A stretch of DNA of 63,328 nt, the filler included, from Sphacelaria rigidula (taxonomy: Eukaryota): NCBI GenBank assembly GCA_964200075.2. It is 9 parts of 9 records of this genome, joined end to end, with 100 filler letters (N's around TTAATTAATTAA, not from the genome) between each part and the next. Parts side by side here need not be neighbours in the genome. Positions count along the whole stretch, not along the records: positions 7,050 to 13,998 come from CAXNAA020017257.1; positions 14,099 to 21,046 come from CAXNAA020017258.1; positions 21,147 to 28,094 come from CAXNAA020017259.1; 6 more parts are not named here. One strand, written 5' to 3'. Under the pieces are notes generated by a model. It worked only from the letters and a program-made list of their open reading frames with translations. It was not told the origin of the DNA and searched no databases. Positions within the stretch are counted from its first letter, which is position 1. Each line of letters starts with the position of its first letter. Below are positions 12,691 through 24,063 of this stretch, piece after piece. Position numbers and translations under genes: made by a program.

Positions 12691-12714
12691 TTAGGGTTAG
12701 GGTTAGGGTTAGGG
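12691..12714 (+). repeat. Interstitial telomeric repeat (TTAGGG)4
   Basis: Four perfect TTAGGG units in the middle of a contig. Confidence 0.95.
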
Positions 12715-13218
12715 TAACCACAGCGGAACCGCCGGCGTAGGACATGTGTCGTATTTCCGAGGTGTCAGAGTGCGAAGTAGCTCTCGTGCCTCAAAGACAT
12801 GACAGCGGGATGCACTTCCCGAAAAATTGGAATGCGTGGAACATTCTTGGCATGTTCTTTGTCACCTGGGAAGCTCGCCGGTATGTGCTTCCAGTGCTTC
12901 ATTGTTTTGCTGCACATGAGAGTTTGAATTTCTCTGGAGAAAATGTTGGCTTTGGCTGGCTATTGGAATGCGTGGAACAGTCCTGGCATGTTCTTTCTCA
13001 CTTGGGAACCTCGCGAATATTTTCTTTCAGTGTTTCGCTTTTTCTCGGCATATGAGAGTTGAGTATTTTTTAACAGGTCGAACGTTTGACCACATCTTTT
13101 CTGTTACAACTGTACGTACTACGTGCTTTGGGTGCTACTATCCGTGCTTGTAGGGTACTGCATTTTTCCAGTCCCGCCCGAGAGAGAAAACACTAATAGA
13201 GTATGACCGAAGTGGAAG

Positions 13219-13546
13219 TTTGTGGGGCTGCCAGATAATGTCGCCTAGCTACCTACCTACCTAGCCATATATTCCGCTCGTGTGCGGTAGTCGTCAGTGT
13301 ACATGCATTAAATTATTCTTGTGCCCGGAGAGAAACCCCCGAGCCCTCCAAACCCATGGTTGCGGACTTACTGTACTGCACGGTATTATTTCGAAGATGA
13401 ACAGTATAGAAACCTCCGAGCCCTCCGAACCCATGGTTGCGGACTTACTGAACTGTGCGATCTTGTTTCGAAAATAAACAGTATAGTTTGTGGTGTTGCC
13501 AGATAATGTCGTCTAGCTAGCTACATACCTAGCCATATATTCTGCA
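13219..13546. repeat. A-B-B-A tandem arrangement of ~60-bp and ~78-bp units
   Basis: GTTTGTGG..TGCCAGATAATGTCG..TAGC...CCTAGCCATATATTC at ~13219 and ~13487 flanks two copies of CCGAGCCCTCC.AACCCATGGTTGCGGACTTACTG. Confidence 0.8.
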
Positions 13547-14930
13547 GAGTGATCGTTCTTGTCTGAAGCGATTGCATATCACTGCGACTTCCACATCACT
13601 GGGCCTTTTCTTAAATAGGCTGATTGTTTTTTGCGGCAAAACATTCCTGTGCTGCCGTGCTGCTATGCCTTGTTCAACTCGTCAATGGTTCATCACACGG
13701 TCTTGTGTTGCTGCTGACTAACGCCAGGGCAATGTTCAATTGTTTTCGACTGCTTTTCTCTCATGTTCTCGTGACATTGCCGGCATACCCGGTGTGTTCA
13801 TGCTCCCAAATGAACGAGAACGCGACAAAGAGAAACACGGGGGAGAAACGTGTTATCGTCTTTCAAGTTTTTGATTATCTTTAAGAGGCTTTTGTGGTTC
13901 GGGCTCCTGTTTCAAGTTTTCCATGATCTTGAGAGCCATCCTACGATAGGGGTGGGGGTATTTTGGGGCATTTGTTGCTCGAAATTTCGAGTCAGATCNN
14001 NNNNNNNNNNNNNNNNNNNNNNNNNNNNNNNNNNNNNNNNNNTTAATTAATTAANNNNNNNNNNNNNNNNNNNNNNNNNNNNNNNNNNNNNNNNNNNNAC
14101 CCTCCCCTCCTCCAATGGTCGAACGAATAAAGCAAGCAACAAATGAGTACGCCCCCCCCCCCCCTTCCCCAAGTGCTTCGTCCCGAAAGGGATGCGTGGT
14201 CAACGATCAAACGACCAAGGCAAGGAAAGAATGAGTACGCCCCTCCCCACAAGTGTAGGGTCCCTGCTCGTCATCAAGCAAAAGACGTGCACCGGTGACA
14301 ACATTTGAAGGCCACGTTTAACAGCTTGACCCATCAGGTGTATACAATCAGCTACATCAACATCATACCCGTCAATGAAAAAAAAAGGATACCAGGCTTG
14401 AGGTCTCCCATCTGCGGACGATGATGAGAGAACGCTTCAGCAGTTTTTTTTACAAAGTGCCTGGGACATCAAGAAGAAGCGAGCGGGGGAGCTCCTGCAG
14501 TATTGCGTGGTACTAAACAGATGTCCGGGACTTGACAGTTTCAGCTATCATGCCGTGTATACAGGCACCGCACGGCTCGGATGTATCATGATTCACGAGT
14601 AGAGATCACTTTTCCCCGCCAACAGCTTCTTATCAGACCAAAGTCAACACCTTGCTCGCGCATCACTGTTGTAAGCTATAACTTCACAGTATCCTCGTAC
14701 CGGTTGGTCTTTCGCAAAATGAAAGGTTCATCAGGATATAACTCGGGTCAAGCTATACGTATATAAATAACAAAAATATACAAGAGTCAACGCGCGCTGC
14801 AGGGAGCGCTGATAGTCATGGTTCAAGTCTCAATAACGCATTGCAAGGCAGGTACTAGGAGGGACATGAGTCGATCCCTACGTACTCGACCCGAGGTACG
14901 AGAGAGGTTCAGAGTATGGCGAAAATGCAC

Positions 14931-14966
<36 letters not shown>

Positions 14967-14974
<8 letters not shown>

Positions 14975-15045
14975 GGTAAATCTTTCCATGTGAGCACGGC
15001 TGGATCCCTGGGAGGTCAGTTGAAGTGCGACAATCAATCGATCAA
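14967..15045 (+). mobile_element. 3' end of a retroposon with (AATC)n tail; second copy at ~60528-60594
   Basis: Shared CACGGCTGGA.CC.TGGG.GGTCAGTTGAAGTGCGACAATCAATC in two contigs. Confidence 0.7.
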
Positions 15046-15292
15046 CCATACCGTATACCCGAGGCAGATCGATGCTTGACAGGCAATATAATCAACATTC
15101 ACATACAGCATGTATACATTTTCCCCGCAACAGCTTACCCTTCATCAAATCCAGCCGTCTTGACCAGATAGACGTGCCCAACGTGAACGAAAACGAACTA
15201 ACCACATGAGTGATGGGTATAAATATCGGTATTGCGATGCATCGAGCAGTGGACCAATACAGCTTTCGAGGTGCGTATTATGCGTCACATAC

Positions 15293-17600
15293 CTTAAAAG
15301 TGGCGAAGTACTTGCGCTCCAACGAGGGGATGCCCTGAAGATTTGCGAGATTAACCTTCATCGGCAAGGGTATCGCTATGTCGTGCCCATGACGGTAGTA
15401 CGCGTGTTGCATGTTGGATTTGGCGAAGATCGCCAGTCCATCAAGCTCTCCCCGATACGATCTGCCCAAGAAACGAGTAAAAAGCACAACCCGATCCATT
15501 AGATTATTCGACATCATGGTGTTGTTTTTTTACTCATCCATCGGGGCACACGAACGGGTTGATCGGCTACGGATCACGAGACAAGCTTGCGGTTTCGCGA
15601 GGTACAACAAAGCGGGAAACACTCACAGAAGATCACTCGAAATGTTCGGCAGTGAGGGACAAGATGAACAACGAAAACAAAACAAGACATCGTCGTAAAC
15701 TGATATACAACAATGACTGAAGTAGACACGAGCGGTATACGTGAGTTTTTTTCATCATACATTGATCAGTACAAAGAAATGTAAACAACTTTGTTCTGGT
15801 GCCCGGGTCCACGCTTCACAGGTCTGCTGCACCCGAAACTCTCCCGTCAAGAGCCGCTGATACGATCAGGCAGACACACAGTTTCAAAAGGCGGAAAGCC
15901 GGCCAACAGAAGAGAACTCAGAGGCTAGCTTTGCGCCGCTGCATTAGCCAGCCGTCAACACACGAGCCCTGATTCTGCGTTGATTCAATATATACCCGCC
16001 CTTTGTCTACTGTACCGGTCGCCCCAGTGGCTCAGTTGGTATCCCTCCAACCCTGTTGACAGTTGAGATGTGGATTTTAATCTCGGTGTAGTCACACGAT
16101 CCAGGATTTTTTCTCGCATCATGCCCAACAGTGGAGACCGACCATGCCATGGGTGCAGGAAGGTCGACTTCACGGTCGACGAGGGAGGGAAAGAGACTCC
16201 GCTGAATCCTACTCGCGATAAACAATGAGGCAAGCACCGCAAAAAGAAGTAGGAGCGCTAAGACAAAATAAAAAGTACGAAAAACTTCCGCGTCGACCAT
16301 CCTCCTGTCTGCCCCCGGCTGATCAGTCCACATACACCGAGACATGTAGACTGGTGTCCAGAAAAGAGGGGATGGCAACACACGCAACACACAGAACACA
16401 CACGATGGGGAATTTGGCACTATAGAGAACTACGGTGCCTCATTCTGTGCCGTGCTGCAGACTTCATGCGCACACCTTGCACTCGTTTGCCACGATTACC
16501 ATACACAACGAGCCGATATGGATGTGGCCCTGAACACGTTAAACCTCATGCACGCGACACTTACCCACCACGGGCCACGGGGAGGAAGGACATCCCAACA
16601 CTCTACGAGACAGGTCACCAAAAAAATCAAGACGTACATTACCGGCCGATGGAGCAACACTCAGAAGTTCACTCGCAGTAAACATTGCACGAGCCGAGCG
16701 TCGACAATTTTACCCATGTCTTCTGTCGCACAGTATAAATGTGTTTGCAGAATTGATGAATACTGTACATCGTCATACGTCAGTCTAGGGGAAAGACGAA
16801 GAATGACGAAAGCTTGAGTGCATTTCTCAATTATATGATGATACCATGACCATTGTAACTTTTCATTGGAATATGGCAAGTGTAGCAGTCAATAACGATG
16901 GTATAGCGGGCGGGATGGAGTTTCGGGGGGACATCGATATCACACAGCGTAGCACTTGCAGCTTCATTCGTCGAAGGCTCCGTCAGCACAGAGGCTCGTT
17001 TGTAAAACCTTCGAACACGCCACACCACATGCGGTGCTGGTACCTTCACCGCTCAATGCGGTCTCTACCTTCCAATACCATGTTGTGTGATGCGCGTGGC
17101 AACAGCCCAGCGGGCCCAGACCCCCTCGTTCCCACGCAAGGGTGGTATCATTCATCAGAACCATTCCGGAACCCCCCGATACGGTTAGGCCAGCACAAGA
17201 CGATCTGCACGACGGGGCGGTACAGGGGTCATAACTTCCACCACGGAAGTCAAGCCACGGTGGTCAATCTAGTGGATAGGCATGACTGAAAAAACAAATG
17301 TAAGATCCAGATGAACTTACCCCGATGGTCAAAGGGTCAAAACACACGCACTCATATCCCTCACCGGTCTTGATCGGCCATGTCCAGGAGCAGGTGATTC
17401 TGTCCCCCCCGCCAAGTGGGCGTTTGATGCACGCACCAATGGCGCACCGGCAAAGTGTCGACGATCACGCACGCCTCCTCGGGGCTTTCAACAAGAAAAC
17501 CCCGTTCGTGCGCCACGCGCCGCGCCGCCTGCGTCACGCTTGTGCACAGCCAGCTGCACTTGGGATTTTCCCCCGCGACGGAGCTGTTGGAAAGTAGCAC
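15293..17600 (-). CDS. Exostosin-like (GT47) glycosyltransferase, internal exons 17365-17600 and 15293-15461
   Basis: SPEEACVIV...WRGGQNHLLLDMADQDR joins in phase 2 to SYRG...AIFAKSN...YYRHGHDIAIPLP...RKYFATFK, matching exostosin motifs; canonical GT/AG sites. Confidence 0.85.
16014..16403 (+). mobile_element. tRNA-derived SINE with CA-rich tail (intronic)
   Basis: A-box TGGCTCAGTTGG head; body AAGGTCGACTT.AC.GTCGACGAGGGA shared with the 50833-51240 copy. Confidence 0.8.
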
Positions 17601-17639
17601 CTGGATTTATTGGCATACATGTAACACGTCGGATCGATG

Positions 17640-18005
17640 GCGGACACGGCAAGGAGAGGAAAAGATCGGTGTGCTGCACGTACGCCAAACCCATTGAACC
17701 AACAGAATGTATGGAATGACCCGGAGCACTTAGAACTCGACCTTGCGATACATGTCGCGGGCAAGCCACATTTTTCTCTCATTGACATGATGGGTGAGGT
17801 ACATTGAGCTGGCTCCTGTCCTCATGGCGCACACGGCAAGGAGAGGAGAAGACCAGTGTGCTGCACATACGCCAAACCCATTGAACCATTAGAATGTATG
17901 GAATGACCCGGAGCACTTAGGACTCGACCTTGCGATACGTGTCGCTGGCAAGCCGTATTTTGCTCTCATTGACATGATGGGTGAGGTACGTTGAGCTGGC
18001 TCCTG
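17640..18005. repeat. Tandem duplication of a ~186-bp intronic unit
   Basis: Two highly similar copies of CACGGCAAGGAGAGGA...GAGCTGGCTCCTGT. Confidence 0.9.
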
Positions 18006-19905
18006 TTATTTCGCCCCTGCGATGACAAGCGCTTTAGGCTATCATAGCATATGCCCGACGGCTGCACGCAACGATGCGGCATGTCCACCAATACTAGGAA
18101 AATATCGCATCTGTTTCTTTCCGAGGTCGAAAGTCACAAAAGGACAAGAGCTTGAATACAGCGTGCGCGTTCCAAAGCCCTATCTGATCAAGCACAAAAA
18201 CTGCTATTATGCAACACCTCGCGTTAGCTCTTCTCCGATGCGTGTTTGGGGAGTGAGATGGGTGATCGGTTGGTCTGAACGGAGAACAACAGTAATGATT
18301 GGTCTAAACAGAGAACAGCGGTAATAACAAACAGAACCACGCGCCCGATTGCAGATACGGTAGGACTTTGTAAATCATGATAATGCTGTTGGTCGCGGCC
18401 GGTTTACACCAGTCGCATGACTGACCGAGAACGCATGATTGGCCCATGATTATTTTGGTTGGACCACAACGTTCACCATATAATTGCAATGCACAACCGA
18501 CGGCAGCTGGATACCCTCGGGGGCAAGGCGAGTGCACAGCATACCCTAGGCAAATGTGCGCATTAGTAGAGCTGAAGTTGGCGCCGTAAAGACGCGCTGC
18601 ACGCGCTCAGGAGTACTCGGGAAATGTCAGTCCCCATCAATACTGAGTTCTACTACCTCCACTGAAGCCACATATGTTCCAATCGTGGGTTCTCGATGAC
18701 CTCGTGCAAACGATACCATACTTGTCCATACGATTGGGCTCAACTATGTACGTGCGCTAGGGAGACTCGAGTGAGGTGACGGTGCGTCGGGTTTGATATT
18801 AGAACGGGCGAGAACGCTTCGCTGGAACTTCCACAAACGCATGTTTGCCCCCCTTGCGTCTCATACGGGTTATAAGTAGAAGCAGCAGGCGGCTCGGATG
18901 GAGCAGCCAATTGTGTGTCAGCAACCACAATCCCATGAGATATTATTTCTAGTCCTTCTCAGCTCCGACGAGGGCCGCCTGTGGCACACTCAATGAGAGA
19001 CACAGAGGAACTTACTGTGTTGTCACTTACTACGAATGAATCAACGGTCGGGTTGGGTGCTGGTTAGGACTGCCATGTCAAGGGTGGAATGGCGAAAAGA
19101 AAACGAAAAAAATATATTTCACGATAGGGGGGGGGGGGGGGGGGGAGGTGAAGTGCAAGTAAAAGAGGGTGGGTATAGTGAGTATGTAAAGCAAAANNNN
19201 NNNNNNGGAAGAGAATAAGAGAAAAGGAAAAAAAAAAAAAAAAATAAAAGTAATTGGGGTGGAGGGGGGGGGGGGGGGGGGGGGGAGGTTGTCAGCACGA
19301 AACAAAGGAGTTTATAGATGTATCGTAAACCTACACAAACATACGTAAACATGCTTGTTCGTGAACACGCCGTCAGGCGAAGTGAAAGAAAGCATTGTAC
19401 TGCGGTATATTGAAAACCAAGGGAATCCGGATAAGTTTTTGCCTGCAATTGACGCCAGGAACGTTGCTCGAAACATCATTTTCCCTACAGTAGCACCACT
19501 CGAAAAAAAAAGGAAGAATAGATAAAACAGGGGGGAAAGATAGCAAGTGACCAAAAACACTCACCTCGCTGGGAGTTCCAGAGCACACTTCATCGTGGAC
19601 GTACACCGTCAGGGCCTAATGGGGCGCGACACGAAAAGTCACAGTACAGGGCAACGGGAAGGTGACGGGCAACACAACAACAGGCAGAAAATTCACGACA
19701 AGGAATCAATCTGGATAGTCTTCCTTGTGCCATATTGGCAACAAAAAGCCGGAACAAGATGGTATCGGCAAGGTTCGCAATAAACCAACAACTACGACAG
19801 CACAGAAGGGGCACGAGCGACGACTGCTAGGAAACTGTTTTTCATCATCGACCTCTCATCGACAACTCAATCTCCGCCTACACGAACCCACGAGCAATAT
19901 AATGT

Positions 19906-20441
19906 CAAGGTTATGTTCTGTAGGGTACGGTTTTCTGTATACCCGGGGTATTTTCCCAATTATTAACGGTACCCGACAGTTGTGTAAAGTCTGCAAGTCT
20001 CTCATACCCTCACCCAACTGTTCTCTGAGTTCTGTAAGCCTCCGGTACCGTTATCGGGGACACGGGTATACTCTTGGTGAGATACCCGGTTACGGGTAGG
20101 ATTTTCTGTGCAGCCTCCATACCCTGCCCGACAGTTTCTGTGAGTATTGTACGCTTCCCATACCCTTGCCCGACAGTTCAGTGACTTCTGTACATAATGC
20201 ATGACCGTACCTGGAGCGCGGGTATGCCCTTGAAGAAATACCCGATTGCCGGTACGATTTTCTGTAAGCCTCCCGTACTGTACCCGACAAGTTATGAAAT
20301 TTTTGTAAGACTTTCAGACCGGTACCCGACACATGTGTAATTTCTGTAAGACTTTCGTTCCGGTGCCCGATATTTCTGTAAGTTCTGTAAGAACTCCCAT
20401 ACCCGATTGAACATACCCGTACCCTAAAAAACACAACCTTG
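19906..20441. mobile_element. 536-bp non-autonomous TIR element (CAAGG termini) with many internal GTACCC/CGGGTA motifs
   Basis: TIR CAAGGTT(A/G)TGTT(C/T)T(G/T)TAGGGTACGG at both ends; flanks TATAATGT / CATAATTC (weak, 5 of 8). Confidence 0.8.
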
Positions 20442-21296
20442 CATAATTCCACCTTGTGATGGCAAAACGGGAGGACGTAGACACAGGAGTATCGGCGCTT
20501 CGGGCTTCTGAGCACCTCTAACGGGCTTTTGTTCGGGTTCGAAAACACCGATATGTGCCCCACTTTTCACAGTATCATTCCTCCTCTTGAAGTTCCTGGC
20601 GTCTCATCGGAACGAACTCGCCGTGCTCAACACACGATCATCCTCCTCCCCTGCCCCCAAACATCGAGCACCTGCTTCGACCTTCACGCGAGAGGGCCCA
20701 CTACCGTGCGTTTTCATCATGAGCCATTAAGCCCGTGCTGTGCTCTGCGGGGTACGGCGGTGCTTTATCGCTCGCGCGCTTCCTTCAACTGCTCCATCAT
20801 CATCTCTGTAATAATAAGCTTCTCCGCGGTTTTAAATTCAGGGCAGCGATTTGCATCCATGGCTCTGTCGCTTAATATATTCATATATTCTTTGTCGTGC
20901 TTTGCAACGCTGATCCGTATTTTCCTTTTTTTCTCGTTTCATCACTTGAAAACTGTGTGGATCGGAAAGCGTTCATAAAAAAAAAACGATGACTACAGGA
21001 GTATCATACTGTAGCTTAATTGGGGGTGAATACGATATAACATAAANNNNNNNNNNNNNNNNNNNNNNNNNNNNNNNNNNNNNNNNNNNNTTAATTAATT
21101 AANNNNNNNNNNNNNNNNNNNNNNNNNNNNNNNNNNNNNNNNNNNNGGGGGGGGGCGTACTCATTTGTTGCTTGCCTTAGTCGTTTGACCATTGACCACG
21201 CATCCCTTTCGAGACGGAGCATAGCACAGGGGGGGAATGAACCAACCCCGATCGTTCTTGTGAATAATTTTACAAAACCCTTTTTTCTAGTTGTAG

Positions 21297-21735
21297 TAGC
21301 CGATCATTGAAATTGAGGACGGAGCTTTTCATTGAGGATCAGAACCCGGAGGATTAAAATCTTCGTATCCACATCAAATCTTCGAAATATTGTTTCATTC
21401 CTTCACCTACTGGTAGCTGTTGACAGCTGGTACATGCCCGAAACATTTGGATTTCGATAGCTGAAATATTGGGGTCCTACATAGAGAAGCAATTTTCGGG
21501 AATGTAGATGATCGGATCGGATCGCCGAAAGTCCCCGAAATTGGGTTTTCACCTAGGATCCCAACATTTTGGTTATCAAAATCCAAATTTATATGATGTG
21601 TAGTAGTTGTCAATAGTCATCAGTAGGTGCAGGAATCAAACCATATTTCGAAGATTTGGTGTTGATACGAAGATTTTGATCCTCCGGGTTTCCATCCTCA
21701 ATGAAAAGCTTCATCCTCCATTACGATAATCAGCT
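21297..21735. mobile_element. Foldback/MITE with ~130-bp inverted arms
   Basis: AGCTTTTCATTGAGGAT...AAATCTTCGTATC...CACCTACTG is mirrored by CAGTAGGTG...GATACGAAGATTT...ATCCTCAATGAAAAGCT. Confidence 0.85.
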
Positions 21736-21759
21736 GTGTTTGACGTACTCATCGCACTA

Positions 21760-22316
21760 GAGCCGAAACGAAATGTGTTTTGGACCCAAAATTGTCATGA
21801 ACACTCCCTGTCAACTCAACCCGTAAGTCGTTCTATCGAGCGCAGATATGATTCTTGTTTCGGAATGTGGGTCGGATACGCAGTATCTCCAGATCCCCAA
21901 ACTTCGGGATAAAATATCCACATGGATAAGCGATAGCACACGAAAATATTGCGAAAATATTTTCGTGTGCCATCGCTTATCCATGTGGACGCTTAGTCCC
22001 GAAGTTTGGGGATCTGGAGATACTGGGTACCCGGTCCACATTCCATCTTCGTGTGCCACTGCTCATCCATGTGGACGTTTGATCCCGAAGTTTGGGGATC
22101 TGGAGATATTGCGTATTCGGTCCACATTCCATTTTCGTGTGCCACTGTTCATCCATGTGGATGTTTGATCCCGAAGTTTGGGGATCTGGAGATACTGGGT
22201 ACCCGGTCCACATTCCCAAACAAGAATCATACCTGCGCTCAATTGACGATCTACGGGTTGAGTTGACAGGGGGTGTTGATGACAGTTTTTGGTCCAAAAC
22301 ACTTTTTTTTTCGGCT
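21760..22316. mobile_element. Foldback element with ~100-bp TIRs and an ~86-bp internal unit (one inverted copy, three tandem copies)
   Basis: CCCGAAGTTTGGGGATCTGGAGATA at ~21998, ~22084 and ~22170, reverse complement at ~21885-21908; outer arms complementary. Confidence 0.9.
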
Positions 22317-23390
22317 GCAGCAAGGATCTGTTGAAAAACCATTTCTGGACACGTAGGCCCCAAGATTGAAAATTCGAGTTTTTGAGGGGGGGGGACCCAG
22401 CCTGCTGTCCCCGAGTTTATTGTTGAGGCATCGGCGAGTGCGGTCAGCTACCGTCTACAGAGATCCTTGGCATGGAGACCGATGAGATGGACAGGTCGCC
22501 CCCCCCAAGCTCATCACCTACCATGACTACGTTTATGGGGTCCGTGTCGTGGCCCTCGAGTACCTACCAGTAGTCCGGGCAAGTTTGGCGAGGCTCGAGA
22601 TACAGTTGCTAATTTGGCTGCAGTTTAGCTGCTGTCGCCACCATTCGCTCGTGTGCATGCATGTGTGTGAGGGTGGCCGGCATCCGAGGCCATCGGGACA
22701 GTAGAGCGGGCAAGGAGCAGAAGCAAATACACGAACCTCGCAAAGCTCACCAGAATTTTCGATCTGTGTTAGTGTTTCTTGACAAGTTTTTGCACTAATA
22801 TTAACAAAAAAAACATGACAATTTTCGTAAAATTACCCTCCGGCAGGGAAGGGGGGGGGGGGGCTCTGTGTCTGGAATATTCTTTTGACAGACCCTTGGC
22901 GCTACTGTTGTAGTGTGATGAATACGTGAAACTATTGGAAATCGTCGACTACGAAAAAATCAAAAATACTCTATTTCAGCTGCAAACTACTCCAACATGA
23001 ATCCGTGAGAAGAGTCGACGCAAAAAGGAACAGCGCAACTCGTTAAAATTGTATTGCTCGTGTAAAATATCGAAATCGTCCGCGGGACTGTCGGAACTTG
23101 CAGCAGGCCGCTGGTGCCAGTCAAGGTCTCGTACGAACGGGGATATCTCACGAGTCCCGTCTGTGCTGTGACGTACTACTTGTTTGTTGTACGGTATGCA
23201 GTCTTGTCTGGAGAGCACAGGAAGCACAACATCCGCAACACATGAGCGTAAAAGCAAGCGGCACCTCGCGTTCATTTATTCTACTGCTCACAAATATGAC
23301 GTCCAAACGTTGTCATCTGTGGAAGACCTCGAACAAGGTCACCAGAGAACATCGACAAGCACTCGCCGTGCAACGCAAGTGAAAATCTTC

Positions 23391-23467
23391 ACCTTCGATA
23401 GCTCCCGAAGTATCTTTTTCCGCTCGGCGTTACCGAACTCGTCGAACTTAATGCCGCCTGGAAACAA
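23391..23467 (-). CDS. Possible small exon of an unknown gene (LFPGGIKFDEFGNAERKKILRELSK)
   Basis: Open frame bounded by CAG acceptor and AAG/GTGAAG donor; no family recognised; boundaries approximate. Confidence 0.3.
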
Positions 23468-24063
23468 CTGAGTTGCGCGAATCCAGCCTGTGGACGGCAC
23501 TTCTCCTGCAGGACAACGCTCGCGCTCATTATCCCAACCATTTTTCATCGAGAATGGCAGCTTGCATTCCCCTGCGACTCCCTTGGGAGGCATACTCAGC
23601 AGCGACTGAGAATTCTCCGCATTTTCATTTTCGGAGTGTGCGTGAGACTTTTGCTTTTTGGTCTTACTTCTCAGGCCCGCAGTGAACAGTCAAGATGACC
23701 ATGTTAGAAGAGCTGTTGTGCTCGGCCTTTGTGAACAGCAGCGGATGGAGAGCCAAAAAAATCTATGCTTGATATAGCTGCAAGAAGAGATATTAGAGAT
23801 AAATCAGTACTACGTTATTTTTCTGTCACACACGTGATGATAACTCGTCATCGAAAACGCGGCATAACCAGTAACGATTCAGACACCCTCCGCCTTTCCT
23901 TCGCTGCTATATTTATTTGTGATTTGTGATTTGTTCCTTCCGAGTACCCTTGTCTCATACCCCAGTGTGCTACCGTATTCACTGCAGCTGTGCGGCGGAT
24001 CTCATTTACCGAAGTAGTGGGTATTACCTCACATCAGCGAATACACTGTCAGGAAATTATTGT

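Noticed and set aside
21960-22215. CRISPR-like 86-bp periodic repeat
   Set aside because: The whole unit repeats with no unique spacers; it is part of a foldback element.
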